Assembly: GCA_963788655.1 (NCBI GenBank)
Contig: CAWBHS010000049.1
Location: 192,001-256,000 of the forward strand
DNA: 64,000 nucleotides
Source: an uncultured Verrucomicrobiae bacterium
GTDB lineage: Bacteria; Verrucomicrobiota; Verrucomicrobiia; Limisphaerales; JAFGQR01
Direction: 5' to 3'
Shown here: piece by piece, positions 1 through 15,000 of the stretch
Position numbering within the stretch: the first letter of the stretch is position 1
Layout: the number at the start of each line of letters is the position of its first letter
The notes under the pieces: generated by a model
Databases searched by the model: none
What the model was told of the DNA's origin: nothing
What the model saw: only the letters and a program-made list of their open reading frames with translations
Program-made: the position numbers and the translations under genes

Positions 1-3000
1 GGCGCGCGGCATTTGATCGTCCCCGGCGTTTATTTGGGCTCCACGGTCGATTACGAAACCACCGGCCAACCCGACGCGACGGCGACGGGAGACGACCTGA
101 ACGGCGATGACGAAGACGGCATCACGTTTACCTCCCCACTGACGGTTGGTGAGATGGCCACCGTCGATGTCGTGGCCTCGGTGAATGGTTTCCTGGACGC
201 CTGGATTGATTTCAATGGCAACGGGAGTTGGGCCGATCCCGGCGAACAAATCTTTGCCAGCCAAAGCCTGACCCCAGGCGTCAACTCCTTGAGCTTTCTT
301 GTGCCTTTGAACGCGGCGACGCCCAATAGTTTTGCGCGCTTCCGCTTCAGCACGGCGGGCGGATTATCCTTCGATGGCCCGGCCGCCGATGGCGAAGTGG
401 AAGATTACGCGGTGCCACTGGCGCTGATCGCCGACGTGAGTGTGGCCGTGAGTGCCAATCCGGATCCGGTCGCCGTAGGCGGCAATCTGACCTACACCGT
501 GACGATCAACAATACTGGGCCATCGCCCGCTGGTGTCACCACGCTTACCGGAGTTCTCCCGGCCAACGCCAGCTTCGTCTCGGCCGTTGCCGACCAAGGC
601 AGTTGCCAGAATGACAGCGGCACCTTGACCTGTGCGTTGGGCACCGTCCCCGCCGGCGCAGCCCCAACGGTAACCATTACCGTCAGTCCAACCAGCATCG
701 GCCCCCTCGAGTTTCAAGCGAACGTCACTAGCTCGCCGCTGGATCAATTCCCGCTCAACAATCAGGCCAGGGCGACGGCCACTGCCCTGGCAGCACCCGC
801 CATCGTTACGGCACCGGAAAACCGTAACGTGAACCAGGGCGACACGGCCACGCTCACGGTGGTGGCCAGCGGTTCGTCCTTGGCCTACCAATGGACATTT
901 GACGGCGCCGAACTGCCCGGCGAAACCCAAGCAACCCTGACGATCCCCAATGCGCAATTTGCCAATCAAGGTACCTATACGGTCCGCATCAGCAATGCCG
1001 TGGGCAGCCTCGAAAGCGATCCGGTTACGTTGTCCGTCCTTTCGATACCGATCATTGTCGTGCCACCGGCCAACACGACCGCGTATGCCGGCAGCGACGT
1101 CACTTTGACGGTTCAAGCCAGCGGCACCATGCCGTTGGAATATCAATGGTATGTTAATGGCGGCACCCCGTTGCCGGGGGCAAACAGCGCTACCCTGGCG
1201 CTGGCTAATGTGCAGGCGGCGGACAGCGGCAATTACACCGTGCAGGTCAACAATATCGCGGGCACCGTAACCAGTGACGCGGCGCAACTCACCGTCCACG
1301 AAGCCGATTTTGGTGACGCGCCGGATCCGACGTTCCCGACGTTGCTGGCCAACGATGGGGCCCGGCATCTGCTGGTTCCCGGGATCTATCTCGGAACCAC
1401 CGTGGACTTCGAATCCGACGGGCAACCGGACGCCAATGCGCAAGGGGACGATGCCCAGACCAGCAACGACGATGATGGCGTCAGCTTCACCAGTCCGCTG
1501 CTTTTGGGTCAGACGGCTACGTTGCAAGTGGTCGCCTCAACGAGCGGTTTTCTCAATGCCTGGGTGGACTTCAACCGCAACGGGTCGTGGGCCGACGCGG
1601 GTGAACAAGTGTTTCAAGGCCACGCCCTCGCCGCGGGCGTCAACGAAGTGAGCTTCACGGTTCCGGTCGCTGCAGTTCCGGGAGCAACGATTGCGCGGTT
1701 CCGCTTCAGCACTGCCGAAACCCTCTCGTTTGTGGGCGAAGCCCCGGACGGCGAAGTCGAAGACTATTCCATCTCGATCGGCGGCGCCAGCGATCTGGCC
1801 GTGGTGCAAGTGGCGGTTCCCAATCCCGTCGTCGTTTCCGGCTTGCTGACGTATGCCATCACCGTGAACAACAACGGTCCCTCCACCGCGACTGGAGTGG
1901 TGCTCACGGATTTTCTGCCGGCACAAGCCACGTTTAGCGATGTCGTGACGGGCCAGGGAAGCTGCACCGTCAATGCCGGCATTATCACGTGCAACCTCGG
2001 CAGTCTGGCCGCCAACAGCAGCGCGGCGGTCACGGTCCGTGTCATCCCGACCACCGCCGGCGCGCTCACCAACATCACCAGTGCGGCCGCCACGCAGACC
2101 GACGTCAACCTGGCCAACAACACCACACCCCTGGTCGCCCAGGTGCAGGAACTGCCGATGATTACCGCGCAACCTCAGAGCCAGGTCGTTGGCAATGGCG
2201 CCACGGCCACGTTCACGGTTGCGGCTACCGGCACCTCGTTGCGGTACCAGTGGCGGCTCGGCGGGACGTCGCTGTCGGGGCGGACCAACGCCTCCCTGGT
2301 CATCACCAACGCGCAACTGGCCCAGGCCGGCGATTACACCGTGCGCGTTTACAACGGCGTCGGCGAAGCCCTCAGCACGCCGGCCACTCTGACCGTGCTG
2401 GCACTGCCCGTTATCCTGACGCAACCGCAGACTCAAATCGTCGCCGAAGGCGCCACGGTGACCTTTAGCGTCACCGCGCAAGGCACGCCGCCGTTGAGTT
2501 ACCAATGGTTCTTGAATGGCTCAGAGTTCATTGGCGCATTCCAATCCAGCCTGATCCTCAACGACGTGAGTGACATCAACGAAGGAGATTACACGGTACG
2601 CATCACCAACGAGGTCGGTTCCGTGGTCAGTGATCCGGCCACGTTGACCATCATTGTGCCGCCGCAGGTGACGTCTCAACCGTTGAGCCGGACCAATTTC
2701 GCCGGCACCACCGCTGAACTGAGCGTTACCGCCACCGGCGACGAACCGTTGCAGTATCAATGGTACTTCAATGGCAATAACCCGATTGCGGGTGCGACCA
2801 GTGCCACCCTCGCCCTTGAGAACATTCAGTCCAGCCAGTCCGGCAATTATCACGTCAAGGTGTCCAACGCGACCGGCAGCGATACCAGCGCCGATGCCAT
2901 AGTGACTGTCTGGGAAGTTGATCTGGGTGACGCCCCGGATCCAGGCTTCCCCACGCTGGTGGCCAACAACGGTGCCGCGCACATCATTCGCCCGGGAATC

Positions 3001-6000
3001 TATCTGGGCACGGGAGTGGATTTTGAAACTGACGGCCAGCCCGAGGCTGCCGCCCAGGGCGATGACACCAATGGTTCGGACGACGAAGATGGTGTCAATT
3101 TTGTCACGCCCTGGCGCGTGGGGCAAACCGCCACGATCGAAGTGGTGGCCTCCACCGCCGGCTTCCTCGATGCCTGGATGGACTTCAATCACAACGGCAC
3201 CTGGGCTGATTTCGGCGAGAAGATTTTTGATGCTCGGGCATTGGCCGCGGGCGTAAACCAATTGCCGGTAACTGTGCCCGCCGACGCCTTGACCGGCGAT
3301 GGTTTTGCCCGGTTCCGCTTCAGCACGAGCGGCGACCTGAGCTACGACGGGCTCGCGGAGGACGGCGAAGTCGAGGACTATGCGGTGACGGTCAGCCCGG
3401 CGATTGACCTGGCCATTACCCAAACTGGCAAGGTGACCGCCGTGCCGTTGGGCCAGAATCTGACCTACACGTTACCAATCACTAACCTCGGTCCGTCCAC
3501 GGCCACGGGCGTGATGCTGAGCAATCGGTTGCCAGTCGATGTCACGTTTGTCTCCGCCAACATTGGGCAGGGCAGTTGCGCCCAGGACAACGGTGTGGTG
3601 ATTTGCGACCTTGGCACGTTGGCCGGCGGCGAGGGCACCGTGGCCACGCTGGTGGTGACTCCGCTCAACCCCGGAGGGATTACGGATGTCGTCTCCGTGC
3701 GCGCGGACCAATTCGATGTCAATTCGGCCAACAATACCTTGAGTGATTCTACTGCCGTAGTCGTGGCCGCCGGCTCATTTGCCAACCCCAATTTGCTGGA
3801 TGTTTTAGACAACGGCCCAGCTTCGCCCTATCCGTCCACCATCCTGGTGTCGGGCCTGACCTCGTCGGTCTATAAAGTCACCGTCACGCTGAGCAATGTC
3901 ACGCACACCTACCCTGACGACATGGACATCCTGTTGGTCGGTCCGGGCGGCCAAAACGTGGTGCTCATGTCGGATTCCGGCAGCGGTAACACGCTCGCCG
4001 ATGTCACGCTCACATTTGACGACGATGCCCCTGAGCCGATCAGCGATTCCGGCATCATTCTGCCCGGCTCGTATCGTCCGGCGAACAATGCCGGCACTAA
4101 CGATGTGTTCCCGCCGCCGGCCCCGGTGGGACCTTTTGGAGTCGATCTATCCGTATATTACAAGACCGATCCGAACGGCATCTGGTCCCTGTACGTGGTC
4201 GATGACGCCGAAGAGGATTTTGGCCAGATCACTGACGGTTGGAGATTGAACTTTGATACCCTCGATCCCATCGCGGACCTCGGCTTGACGCTGGAAGGGC
4301 CCACCGGCCCCGTGCCGCCGGGCACCAGTTTGACTTACACGCTCACCGTCCACAACAGCCGGTCCCGCCGGCGTGCCGGATGTGACGTTGACCGACACCT
4401 TGACCGGCACCGTAAGCATCGATTCCATCGTCGCCAGTCAGGGCAGTTGCCAGAACAACAATGGCGCCATCGATTGTGTGGTGGGTAATTTGGCCAGCGG
4501 TGAAGCGGCCACGATCACGATCCAACTGACACCCACGACCGGAGGACTCGTCACGCATGCGGCCAGTTTGACCGTCGAGGTGTTGGATCCCGTTTCAGCA
4601 AACAACTCCGCCAGCCTCTCCACCGAAGTCATGCCGGAGGCCGATTTGGAACTGATCCATTCGGTATTGCCGGAATCGTTGAGCTTTGGCAGCAGCCAGT
4701 TGCTCACGTTGCGGGTCACCAACCACGGACCACACGCCGCGACGTCCTTGCAAGTGGTGGATGAATTGCCGGCAGGCTTCACGTTTGTGTCCGCGGTGGC
4801 CAGTCAGGGCGCCTGCTCACAGGAGAACGGCGTGGTGACGTGCGATTTGGGAACGTTGGCCGCCAATACCGCCGCCACGGTGGGGATCACCGTGAACCTG
4901 GATCAACTGGGCCTCTGGTCCAACAGTGCCAGCATTTCCTTCGCAGAGATGGATCCCGATCCGGACAACAATGCTGCGTCCGCCTCCACCAGCGTCGAAA
5001 GCGCGCCGGTCATTACCGCCACGCCCCAGAGCTTGACCGTTACCAATGGCAATCCTGCCAGTTTCGGTGTCACGGCCTTTGGCACGCTGCCCCTGGACTA
5101 TCAATGGCAGCGCAATGGCACTGACTTGCCCGGCGCCACCGACAGCCAGTTCGTCATTCCGCAAACGACCTTTACCGATGCCGGTGAATATCGGGTGCGG
5201 GTTAGCAATCGCGTCGGCTTCGTGTTCAGCGATCCGGCCACGTTGATTGTGCGCCAACCGCCGACCATCTCCGACGTGCCCGACCAGACGGTTGATGAAG
5301 ACACGCCGGCGGTCGTCAATTTCACCGTGAGCGACCTGGAAACGCCGGCCACCGAATTGCAGGTCACCGGCACTTCGTCCAATCCTGATCTGGTGCCGAA
5401 CGCCAACCTTGCCTTCTCCGGCAGCGGCAGCGATCGCACCGTGACCGTCACGCCGGTGCCCGACCAATCCGGCTCGACCACCATCACGCTGACCGTGCGC
5501 GACCAGGATGATTTCGAAGCCGTGGACAGTTTCGTGCTGACCGTTGCACCGGTAAACGATTTTCCGGCGATCAGCGGTCTGAGCGACCAGACGGTTGCGG
5601 AAGACGGCCAGACTGCAATTGCCTTTACTGTGGCGGACGCCGAAACCGACGCGAACAACCTTACCGTCGCTGCGAGTTCGGCGAATACCGAGTTGGTTGC
5701 GCCCACGGGATTGACAATCACCGGCTCCGGCAGTGACCGGACGTTGACCATCGTCCCCGTGGCGGATGCGTTTGGCGCGGCGACAATCACTATCGCCGTG
5801 ACGGATGGCGACGGCGCCACGGCCAATTCCGCCTTCCTCCTAACGGTCAAGCCGGTCAATGACCCGCCGACATTGGCGGCGATCAGCGACGTGGAGCTCG
5901 ATGAAAATGCGCCCGAACAAACCGTCAACCTGACCGGCATCGGTTCGGGGGCGGGGAACGAAGCGCAGACGCTGACCGTCACCGCCACCTCGAGCAACCC

Positions 6001-9000
6001 GGCACTAATTCCAGACCCGGCCGTCAGCTATACCAGTGCCAACAGCACCGGCAGCCTCCAATTTGCGCCGCAACTCAATCAAAACGGTGCAGCCGTCATC
6101 ACGGTTACCGTGGATGATGGCGGCAGTTCGAATAACGTGGCGGTGCGCAACTTCACCGTCACCGTAAACAACGTGAACGATCTGCCGGTCGTCGCGGGGT
6201 TGACCAACGTCACAATTGACGAAGACACAGCCACGAGCGCGCTGCCGTTTACCGTGGGAGATTTGGAAACGGCGGCGGAAGACCTGGTGCTCTCGGGCCG
6301 GTCTTCCAATCCAGTGCTCGTCCCCGACAATGCCATCGTTTTTGGCGGCAGCGGCAGCAATCGCACGGTCACGGTCACTCCGTTGCCGGACGCTTTCGGT
6401 TTAGTCACCATTACCGCGGTCGCCACCGACACCGGCGGCGGAGAAGGCACCGCCAGTTTTCAACTTACGATTAATCCGATCAACGACTTGCCGGCGATGT
6501 CTTCGATTGCGGACCAGACCACCCTGGAAGATGCACCGATTGACATACCGTTCCTGCTATATGATCCGGAGACACCGCCGGAAAGCATCGTGATCATCGC
6601 CACGCCGGCCAATCAAACCCTGGTGCCGGTGGCGAATCTCAGTTTCGAGGCTACCAGTCGCAGCAATTGGGTGATGCATGTGCAGCCGGCGGCCGACCAA
6701 AATGGAGACAGCCGTATCACCGTAAGCGCAATCGATTCGGACAACGTGGTGGTGCGCTCCACGTTCACCCTGACGGTTCTTCCAGTGAATGATCCGCCGA
6801 GCTTTGACCCGATCAGCGACGTGCTGATCGAAGAAGACGCGCCGGAGCAAGTGGTCACCATTAGCGGTATCAACGCCGGACCTGCCGACGAGGATCAACA
6901 CCTGACATTCAACGTCCTCTCCGGCAAACCGGACATCGTCCCCAATCCGGTGTTAAATTACACCGCCTTGTCCACCACGGCTGAATTACGGTTCACCCCC
7001 ATGCCGAACACCAACGGCCTGGTTAGCATCACGGTGACCGCTATTGACCGTGAGGCGACGAATAATGTCTTCAGCCGCGTCTTCCGCGTGGTGATTGGCA
7101 ACGTGGACGATCCTCCCGTCATTGTCGGCCCGGACGACCAATCAATGGATGAAGACTCCAGTCGTACGGTTGCCTTCCAAGTCAATGACTTTGACACGCC
7201 GTTGGACCAACTGGTGGTGACCGCCGAGTCGTCCAATCTCGGCCTGATTTCCGACGCGAGCCTGGTGCTGGGCGGGACGGGCACTGATCGCACCGTCATG
7301 TTGGCACCCACCGCCAATCAGTTCGGCGCCAGCACGATCACCCTGACAGTCGCCGAGGCCACCAACACGATCTCCACAAGCTTCGTCGTCACCGTGCAAC
7401 CGGTCAACGATTCGCCCACGTTGCAACCGCTCGCGGACGTGAACATTCCCGAAGACGCCGGCCCGCAAATGGTGACCTTGACGGGCGTCACCGCCGGCCC
7501 GGACAACGAAGCGGACCCGCTCACCGTGACGGTCACCTCCAGCAATCCAGCGCTGATTCCCGATCCGTTGGTGACGTACAACAGCCCGGCTTCGACCGGC
7601 ACGTTGGTCTTTGAAACCGCCGAGAATGCCAGCGGTACCGCCCAACTCACAGTGACCGTTGATGACGGCCAGAACGCGAACCACACAGTCAGCCGAAGCT
7701 TCACGGTGACGGTCCAATCGGTAAACGATTTGCCGGTGATCTCGGGAATCGGCGACCAGTTGATTGAGGAAGACACCACCACCGGTGTCCTGCCGTTCGT
7801 GATTGGCGACGTGGAAACCACCGCGGAGAATTTGACGGTCGTCAGCCATTCTTCGAATCCCGATTTGGTGCCGGAAGCCAACGTTATGCTCGGCGGCACC
7901 GCCGGCAATCGCACGGTAACCGTCACTCCGGTCGCCAACCAATCTGGCGCCACGACCATCACCTTGACTGTCACCGATGCCGACCACGGCAGCAGCAGCC
8001 TGAGTTTCCAATTGACCGTGACCAGCGTCGAGTCATTGCCATTGATCTCGGATGTGGACAACCAAACGACGGCGGAAGACACGCCGCTCTTGGTGAACTT
8101 CACGGTCAGCGATGAAGAAACGCCCGCCGAAGAACTGACTGTCAGCGGCTTCTCTTCGAATCCCGTCCTGGTGCCGGTAGCGAATCTGAGCTTTGGCGGC
8201 AGCGGCGAAAACCGCACCGTGACCATTTCTCCAGCCGCCAATCAAACAGGGCGCGGCAACTATTACCCTTGTGGTCACCGACGCCAGCGGCAACGTGGCC
8301 AGCGACCGGTTTGAGTTGACGGTGACGCCGGTCAACGATCCGCCGACGCTGGATCCGATCAGCGATTTGACACTCAATCAAAACAGCAAGCCGCAAACGC
8401 TGTTGCTCACGGGAATTAGTGCGGGTGCCGCCAATGAGCACCAGACCTTGACCGTAACCGCCCTGTCCAGCGATCCGGCGGTGATTCCGAATCCCACGCT
8501 CGATTATTCCAGCCCCGCCAGCTTTGCGCTGTTGACGCTGGCGCCGGCGCCCAATGCCACCGGCACTGCCACTATTACGGTGACCGTGGACGATGGGGAA
8601 GCCACCGACCACCAGGTCGTGCAAACATTTACGGTCACGGTCAATGCGGTGAACGAACTGCCCACGATTTCAACCATCGACGACCAAATCACTCTGCAGG
8701 ACACGGCCCGAATGGTTTCGTTCGTGATTGGCGATCTTGAAACCGCGGCGGACGATTTGATTCTCAGCGCCGCTTCCTCCGATGTCGCCGTGATTCCGAA
8801 CGAGAACATTGTCTTCGACGGCACCGGCAGCGAGCGCACCGTCACCCTGACTCCGGCCGCCGGACAAGTCGGCATGACCACGATCAGCGTTACCGTGGCC
8901 GACACTGATGGCGGCAGCACGACCGGCGAATTTTTGTTGGTTGTGGAACGGGTGAATGGCGCGCCGACCATTTCCTCCATTGCCGACACGAGCACCGTGG

Positions 9001-12000
9001 AAAACTTTCAGGCCACGCTGAATTTCACCATCAACGACGACGACACGCCGGCGGACAGCCTGCTCCTGAGCGGTGAATCCTCCAACCCGGCGCTGGTCCC
9101 GAACGCGAATCTGAGCTTCGGCGGCAGCGGCAGCGATCGCACCATCACCCTCGTTTCCACTGCCCACCAATCCGGCAGCGCTACGATCACGCTCTCCGTC
9201 TTGGACGACCGCGGTTTGATGGCCAGCACTTCCTTTGAGCTGACCGTGACGCCCACCAATGATCCGCCCAGCCTCACGCATCTGCCCGATGTCACGATGC
9301 GCGCCAATACGTCGCTCTCTCTGCCTATTGCCGTGGCGGACCTGGAAACTCCGGCGGCGGACTTGAGTCTGTCGGGTGAATCGTCGGCACCGGCCTTGAT
9401 TGCGGATGCCAACTTGGTCTTCGGCGGCAGCGGCGCCAATCGCAACCTCACGCTGACGCCCATCGCCAATCAAACCGGCTCTGCCGACATCACCGTGACC
9501 GTGACCGACGGCAACGGTGGCAGCGCGACGGATAAATTCAAACTGACCGTGATCGCCAGTGGCACACCGCCACGCATCACGTTGAATCCGCAAAGCCAGA
9601 CGAACTGGGCTGGCGGGCAGGTCTTGTTCAACGTGCTGGCCACCGGCACTCCGCCGGTGCGTTACCAATGGCGTTTTAACGGCATTGCCCTTCCCGGCCA
9701 GACTAACGCCACGCTCGTGTTGACCCACCTCCAGGGTGGACAGTCCGGACAGTACGACGCAGTAGCCAGCGATGAGTTTGGTTCGGCCACCAGCGAATCG
9801 GCTACGCTGACGGTCCATGTGCCACCCTATATCGTTTCGCAACCGGTGAGCCAGAACCGCGCCATTGGCAGCAACGCCGAATTTGACGTCATTGCCGGGG
9901 GCGATGAACCGTTGACCTATCAATGGTGGTTCAACGGCACCGCGCTCTCGGGTGCTACCGGCGCCAGTCTCACGGTAGCCAATGCGCAGGCCGTCAACGA
10001 AGGATCCTACTTTGTCGTTATCACCAACCGCTATGGCACCGTCACGAGCCACACGGCCACCCTGACCCTGGGCGTACCGCCGTCCATCGTCACGGCGCCC
10101 GCGAGTTTGATCGTCACCCAGGATCACGATGCGACCTTCAGCATGACGGCGACCGGCGATGAACCTTTGACCTATCGTTGGTTCTTCGACCAGACATTGC
10201 TCGTCGAGACCTCGGTGCCCAATTACACCGTTCCCAACGCGCAACCTGTCCAGGCTGGCGATTACCATGTCGTGGTGGCCAACCATATTGCTGCCGTCAC
10301 CAGTTCCGTCGCGACCTTGACCGTCCTGGTGCCACCGTCCATCAGCCTCCAACCGGCCAGCCAATCCGTGGCGGAGGGGACCGACTTCATTTTGAACGTG
10401 ACTGCCCGAGGCACGCCCCCGCTCACTTACCAGTGGCAATTGGCGGGAGCAAATCTCGCCGACGATGGTCGCGTCACCGGAACCACTACCGGCAGTTTGT
10501 CCGTGTCGGGTGCCGTCGCCGAGGATGCGGGTTCTTACATCGTCGTGGTGAGCAATGGCGCGGGCGCGGTCACGAGTGTGGTGGCCATTGTCTCCGTCAT
10601 TACCACGCCCAGTGTTACCTGTCCACCGGCCAAGACCGTTGAGTGTGGTGAACCGTGGGACTTCGACGTGCCGCTCTTCAGTGATGAAGTGGTCTTTGAC
10701 TCGCTGGTGTTTGATAATTCCGTCAATGACTCGATGGTGCGTTTCAATCCCGGCACCAACGAGGTGGGCGATGAAATCATCCTCGATGGCGCTGCGCGTT
10801 ACTTGACCAGTTTCATCTTCGAATACTGGGGCACCAACAGCTCGCAGGCCGATTTCGAAGGGACCATCCAAGCACGGGTCCGGTTCTACGGCCATGACGG
10901 GCCGCTGACCGATTCGGGATTTCCCAGTCCGGGAACGGTGTTGTACGACAGCGGCTCCTTTGCCGTTCATGCCACCACCCGCTCGACGTTGATCATTCAG
11001 GATTTCCAACTGGATGCCGTGGTGCCGTTGACCGATCCGGTGCCCGACAATTTTACCTGGTCAGTGCAGTTCACCGGCATGTCCGCCAATGACGCGGTGG
11101 GTTTGGATCTTTATTCGCCGCCAGTCGTGGGGCTGGACTTCACCGATTACTGGGAACGCGACGAAAGCGGCTGGCAGTTGAAGACGAACGAGGTTGCGGC
11201 GATGGACTTCTCGGCCCGCATCGATGCGGCGCATAGTCCCGTCACCGTGACGGTCGTTGACACCGTCACCAATGCCACTTGTGGCACCACCTTCCTGGCC
11301 ACCCGTACCTGGCAAATGACCGATCCCAGCGGCCTCGACAATCTGTGTGCGCAGACCGTGACCGTGCTGGATCAGACGCCGCCGGCCATCCTTTGCGTCC
11401 CGGACAAAACCGTGGCTTGCGGCGAATCCTGGGACTTTGACGCGCCCACCGCGATGGACACCTGTGGCACCGCGACCATTGCCGAAATGGGCACGGCGAC
11501 CAATGCGGTCTCCAACGAAGGAAGGTCGATAACCCGCACCTGGAGCGCGTCCGACGATTGTGGCAATACGGCCACCTGCGCCCAAACCGTCACGTTGCGG
11601 ATCCCGCCAGTCATCACGGCGCAACCCGCCGACGTTACGGCGGCCGCGGGAGCTGACGTTGCCTTGAGCATGACGGCCTCTGGTACCGCACCGTTGAGTT
11701 ATCAATGGTATTTCAACGACACGACGGAAATCGCCGGCGCCACCGGGCCAGTGTTGACGTTGACATCCGTGCCATCGGCGAAAGTCGGCAATTACACCGT
11801 CGCCGTGGCCAACGAATGCGGCTCGGTTACCAGTGCGGTAGCGACACTGACCGTCACGGTGCCCCCGACCATTGGGCAACAGCCGAACAGTCAGATTGTC
11901 ACTCAAGGCCAAACCGCCACGTTGGAAGTCATTGCCGCCGGTAACGAACCGCTCGACTATCAGTGGTGGTTCAACGGCAACCTCCTGCCCGGCGCCACCA

Positions 12001-15000
12001 GCGCGACGTTGAACATCGCGAACGTCCAAGCCGCCAACGCCGGTGCTTATGTCGTCACGGTCGCCAATGCCGAGGGCTTCGTCGTCAGCGACACGGTGTC
12101 ACTTGAAGTGGGCGTGCCGCCGACCATTACCGTCCAACCGCGCAGCCAGGCGGCTATAGCAGGCGATATTGTGCGCTTCTCCGTGACCGCCTCTGGAACC
12201 GCACCGTTAACTTATCAATGGCAATTCAACGCAGTGGACATCCCCAATGCAACCAGCGCCAGCCTCACGCTCTACAACGTGCAACTTGCGGACGCCGGCA
12301 ATTACTCGGTGCAAGTCCAGAATGCCTTTGGCACTGTGGCAAGCAGCTCCGCCTTGCTCACCGTGACGGGCGATACCACCGGAGGCGATGCCACGCTGGT
12401 CGAAGCTGGCGCCGTGTGGAAATACCGTGATACCGGCGTGGACTTGGGGACCGCCTGGCGCGGCACCGGCTACGACGACACCACTTGGTCCGCCGGACCC
12501 GCGCAATTGGGTTACGGCGACGGCGATGAAGCGACCGTCGTGGACTACGGCCCGGACGCCAACAACAAATACATCACCACCTATTTCCGCCGCACATTCG
12601 TGGTCGATAATCCCGCCCAGTTCACTGGTCTTGAGTTTGCACTGCTCCGCGACGACGGAGCGGTGGTTTACCTCAACGGCACCGAAGTCTTCCGCAGCAA
12701 CATGCCGGGCGGAACCATCAACGCCGACACCCTGGCCTCCAGCCTGATTGCCCCGGCGAATGAGAATGATTGGGTAACCAATTTGGTCGATCCGGGTTCG
12801 TTGGTTGCCGGCCTCAATTTGCTCGCGGTCGAATTGCACCAGGGCAGTGCTAACAATCCGGACCTCAGCTTTGATCTGCGGTTGCGGGGCTTGGGCACCG
12901 GGCCGGCGACGCCGCTGTCGCTGTCGGCCATTCCAAATCAAACCATGCTGGAAGACACGCCGCTCCAGGTCCGGTTCACCCTCGCCGGTTCCAGAATCGA
13001 TCCAGCCCTGTTGACGCTTAGCGCCACCTCCGGCAACGCCGCACTGGTGGCCAACAGCAATCTGTTGTTTGACGGCAACGGCACCAACCGCACGCTGACG
13101 ATCGTGCCTGCCGCTGACCAATGGGGAACGGCGCAAATCGACTTGAGCGTCATGATGGCGTGGACACGGCGAACGTCAGCTTCACCGTGACGGTGAATTC
13201 GGTCAACGATGTCCCCACGCTGGATTGGTTGCCCGACCAGGCAATGCACTTCAAAGAAGGCGGTCGGGAGGTCGATCTTGCTGGCATTGGCACCGGCGCC
13301 GCCAACGAAAACCAGCAATTGGAATTGACGGCCTTCTCGACCGACCAAGCGCGGCTCAAGGTCGCCAACTTCAGTTACAGCAGTCCTCAGCCTACGGGCC
13401 TCTTCAAGATTGATCCCAACGATCAAGCGTTCGGAATTTACACGGTAACGGTCCTCATTACCGAAAATCAGCCCACCACCAACAATGTGGTCAGCCGACA
13501 ATTCGATGTCTATGTCCGCGATCAAGCCAACTCGGTCCCGACCATTTCGGCGCTGGCCAATCAAACCATTGCCGAAGACACCTCGACCGTTCCGGTAGTG
13601 TTCACCGTCGGCGACCAACAGACGGCGGCCAGCCAATTGATGCTGGTGGGCAAGTCGTCAAATCACGGCTTGGTGGCCGATGACCACATCGTGTTTGGCG
13701 GCACTGGCGCCAATCGCACCGTGACGGTCACGCCGCTGGCGAACCAATCCGGCACGGCCATCATCAGTGTGTTGGTGGTGGATGAAGGATTCGGCATGGC
13801 TTTACGCACCTTCCAACTTACGGTGAATCCCGTGAACGACGCGCCGACAATCTCGCCCATTCCCGGCGCAAACCGCCCCCATCGGCTTCCCCACGCGCGT
13901 CATTCCCTTCACGGTTGGCGACCTCGAAACCGACGAGACCCGCCTGGTCGTGACCGCCAGTTCCTCGAATCCGACGCTGGTGCCCAACGCCAACGTGCAA
14001 TTGGGCGGCAGCGGCCCCGACCGGGCCTTGCGGGTGGTACCGGCGTTGCGAGAGGCAGGCTCCGCGCTCATCACGTTGACGGTGAACGATGGCAGCCTGA
14101 ACAGTCAGGAGTCCTTTGAAGTGGCCTTCCTGCCGCTGGATGAAGTGCCGGTTACGGCAATTCCGGTGATCGCGCCAATTGCCAATCAAGCCGTCCTCGA
14201 AGACACCCCAATCACGATCGCGGTCACAGTCAGCGACGCGGACACCGATCCGGCGCTACTCACGGTCGCCGGGCATTCGGACAATCCCGCGCTGGTGCCC
14301 GCCGGTAACATTTCCTTCAGTGGCTCGGGCGCCAGCCGCACGCTGACGATTGTGCCGGCCACCAATGAATTTGGCACCGCGCGAATTTTCCTGACCGTCA
14401 GCGACGGTGTGAACCAGGGCCGCGGCAACTTCTTGCTGACGGTCAACCCGGTCAATGACTTCCCGACTGTGGATCCGCTGCCGGATATCGCCATGGATTC
14501 CCGGGAGGCCGATCGGTTGGTCAGCGTAACCGGCATCACCGCGGGAGCGCCGAATGAATATTCAACGCTCAATTTTACGGCGACTTCAAGCGTCCCGGCG
14601 ATGGTCCAAACCAAGAATTTCCACTACACGAGTCCGCAAAGTTACGCTGACTTCAAAATCAATCCGGCCGACAAAGCCCTGGGCATCTATCCCATTACCC
14701 TGGTTGTCTGGGAAAACTCACCGGCCAGCAATAATCTCGTGCTACAATCGTTTGACCTCTACGTGCGAGACCGCAACAACTCGGCGCCAACCATCGCGTT
14801 GCTGCCGAATCAGATCATTGCGGAGGACACCTCCACCGGCCCAATCCCCTTCACCGTGGGCGACACGGAGTCCGCGGCCAACACGTTGATTTGCACGGGC
14901 AAGTCTTCCAATCCAGCGCTGGTCCCCAATGGCAACATCGTCTTTGGCGGCAGTGGCGCCAGCCGGACGGTGACCGTCACTCCCTTGCCGCATCAGTTCG

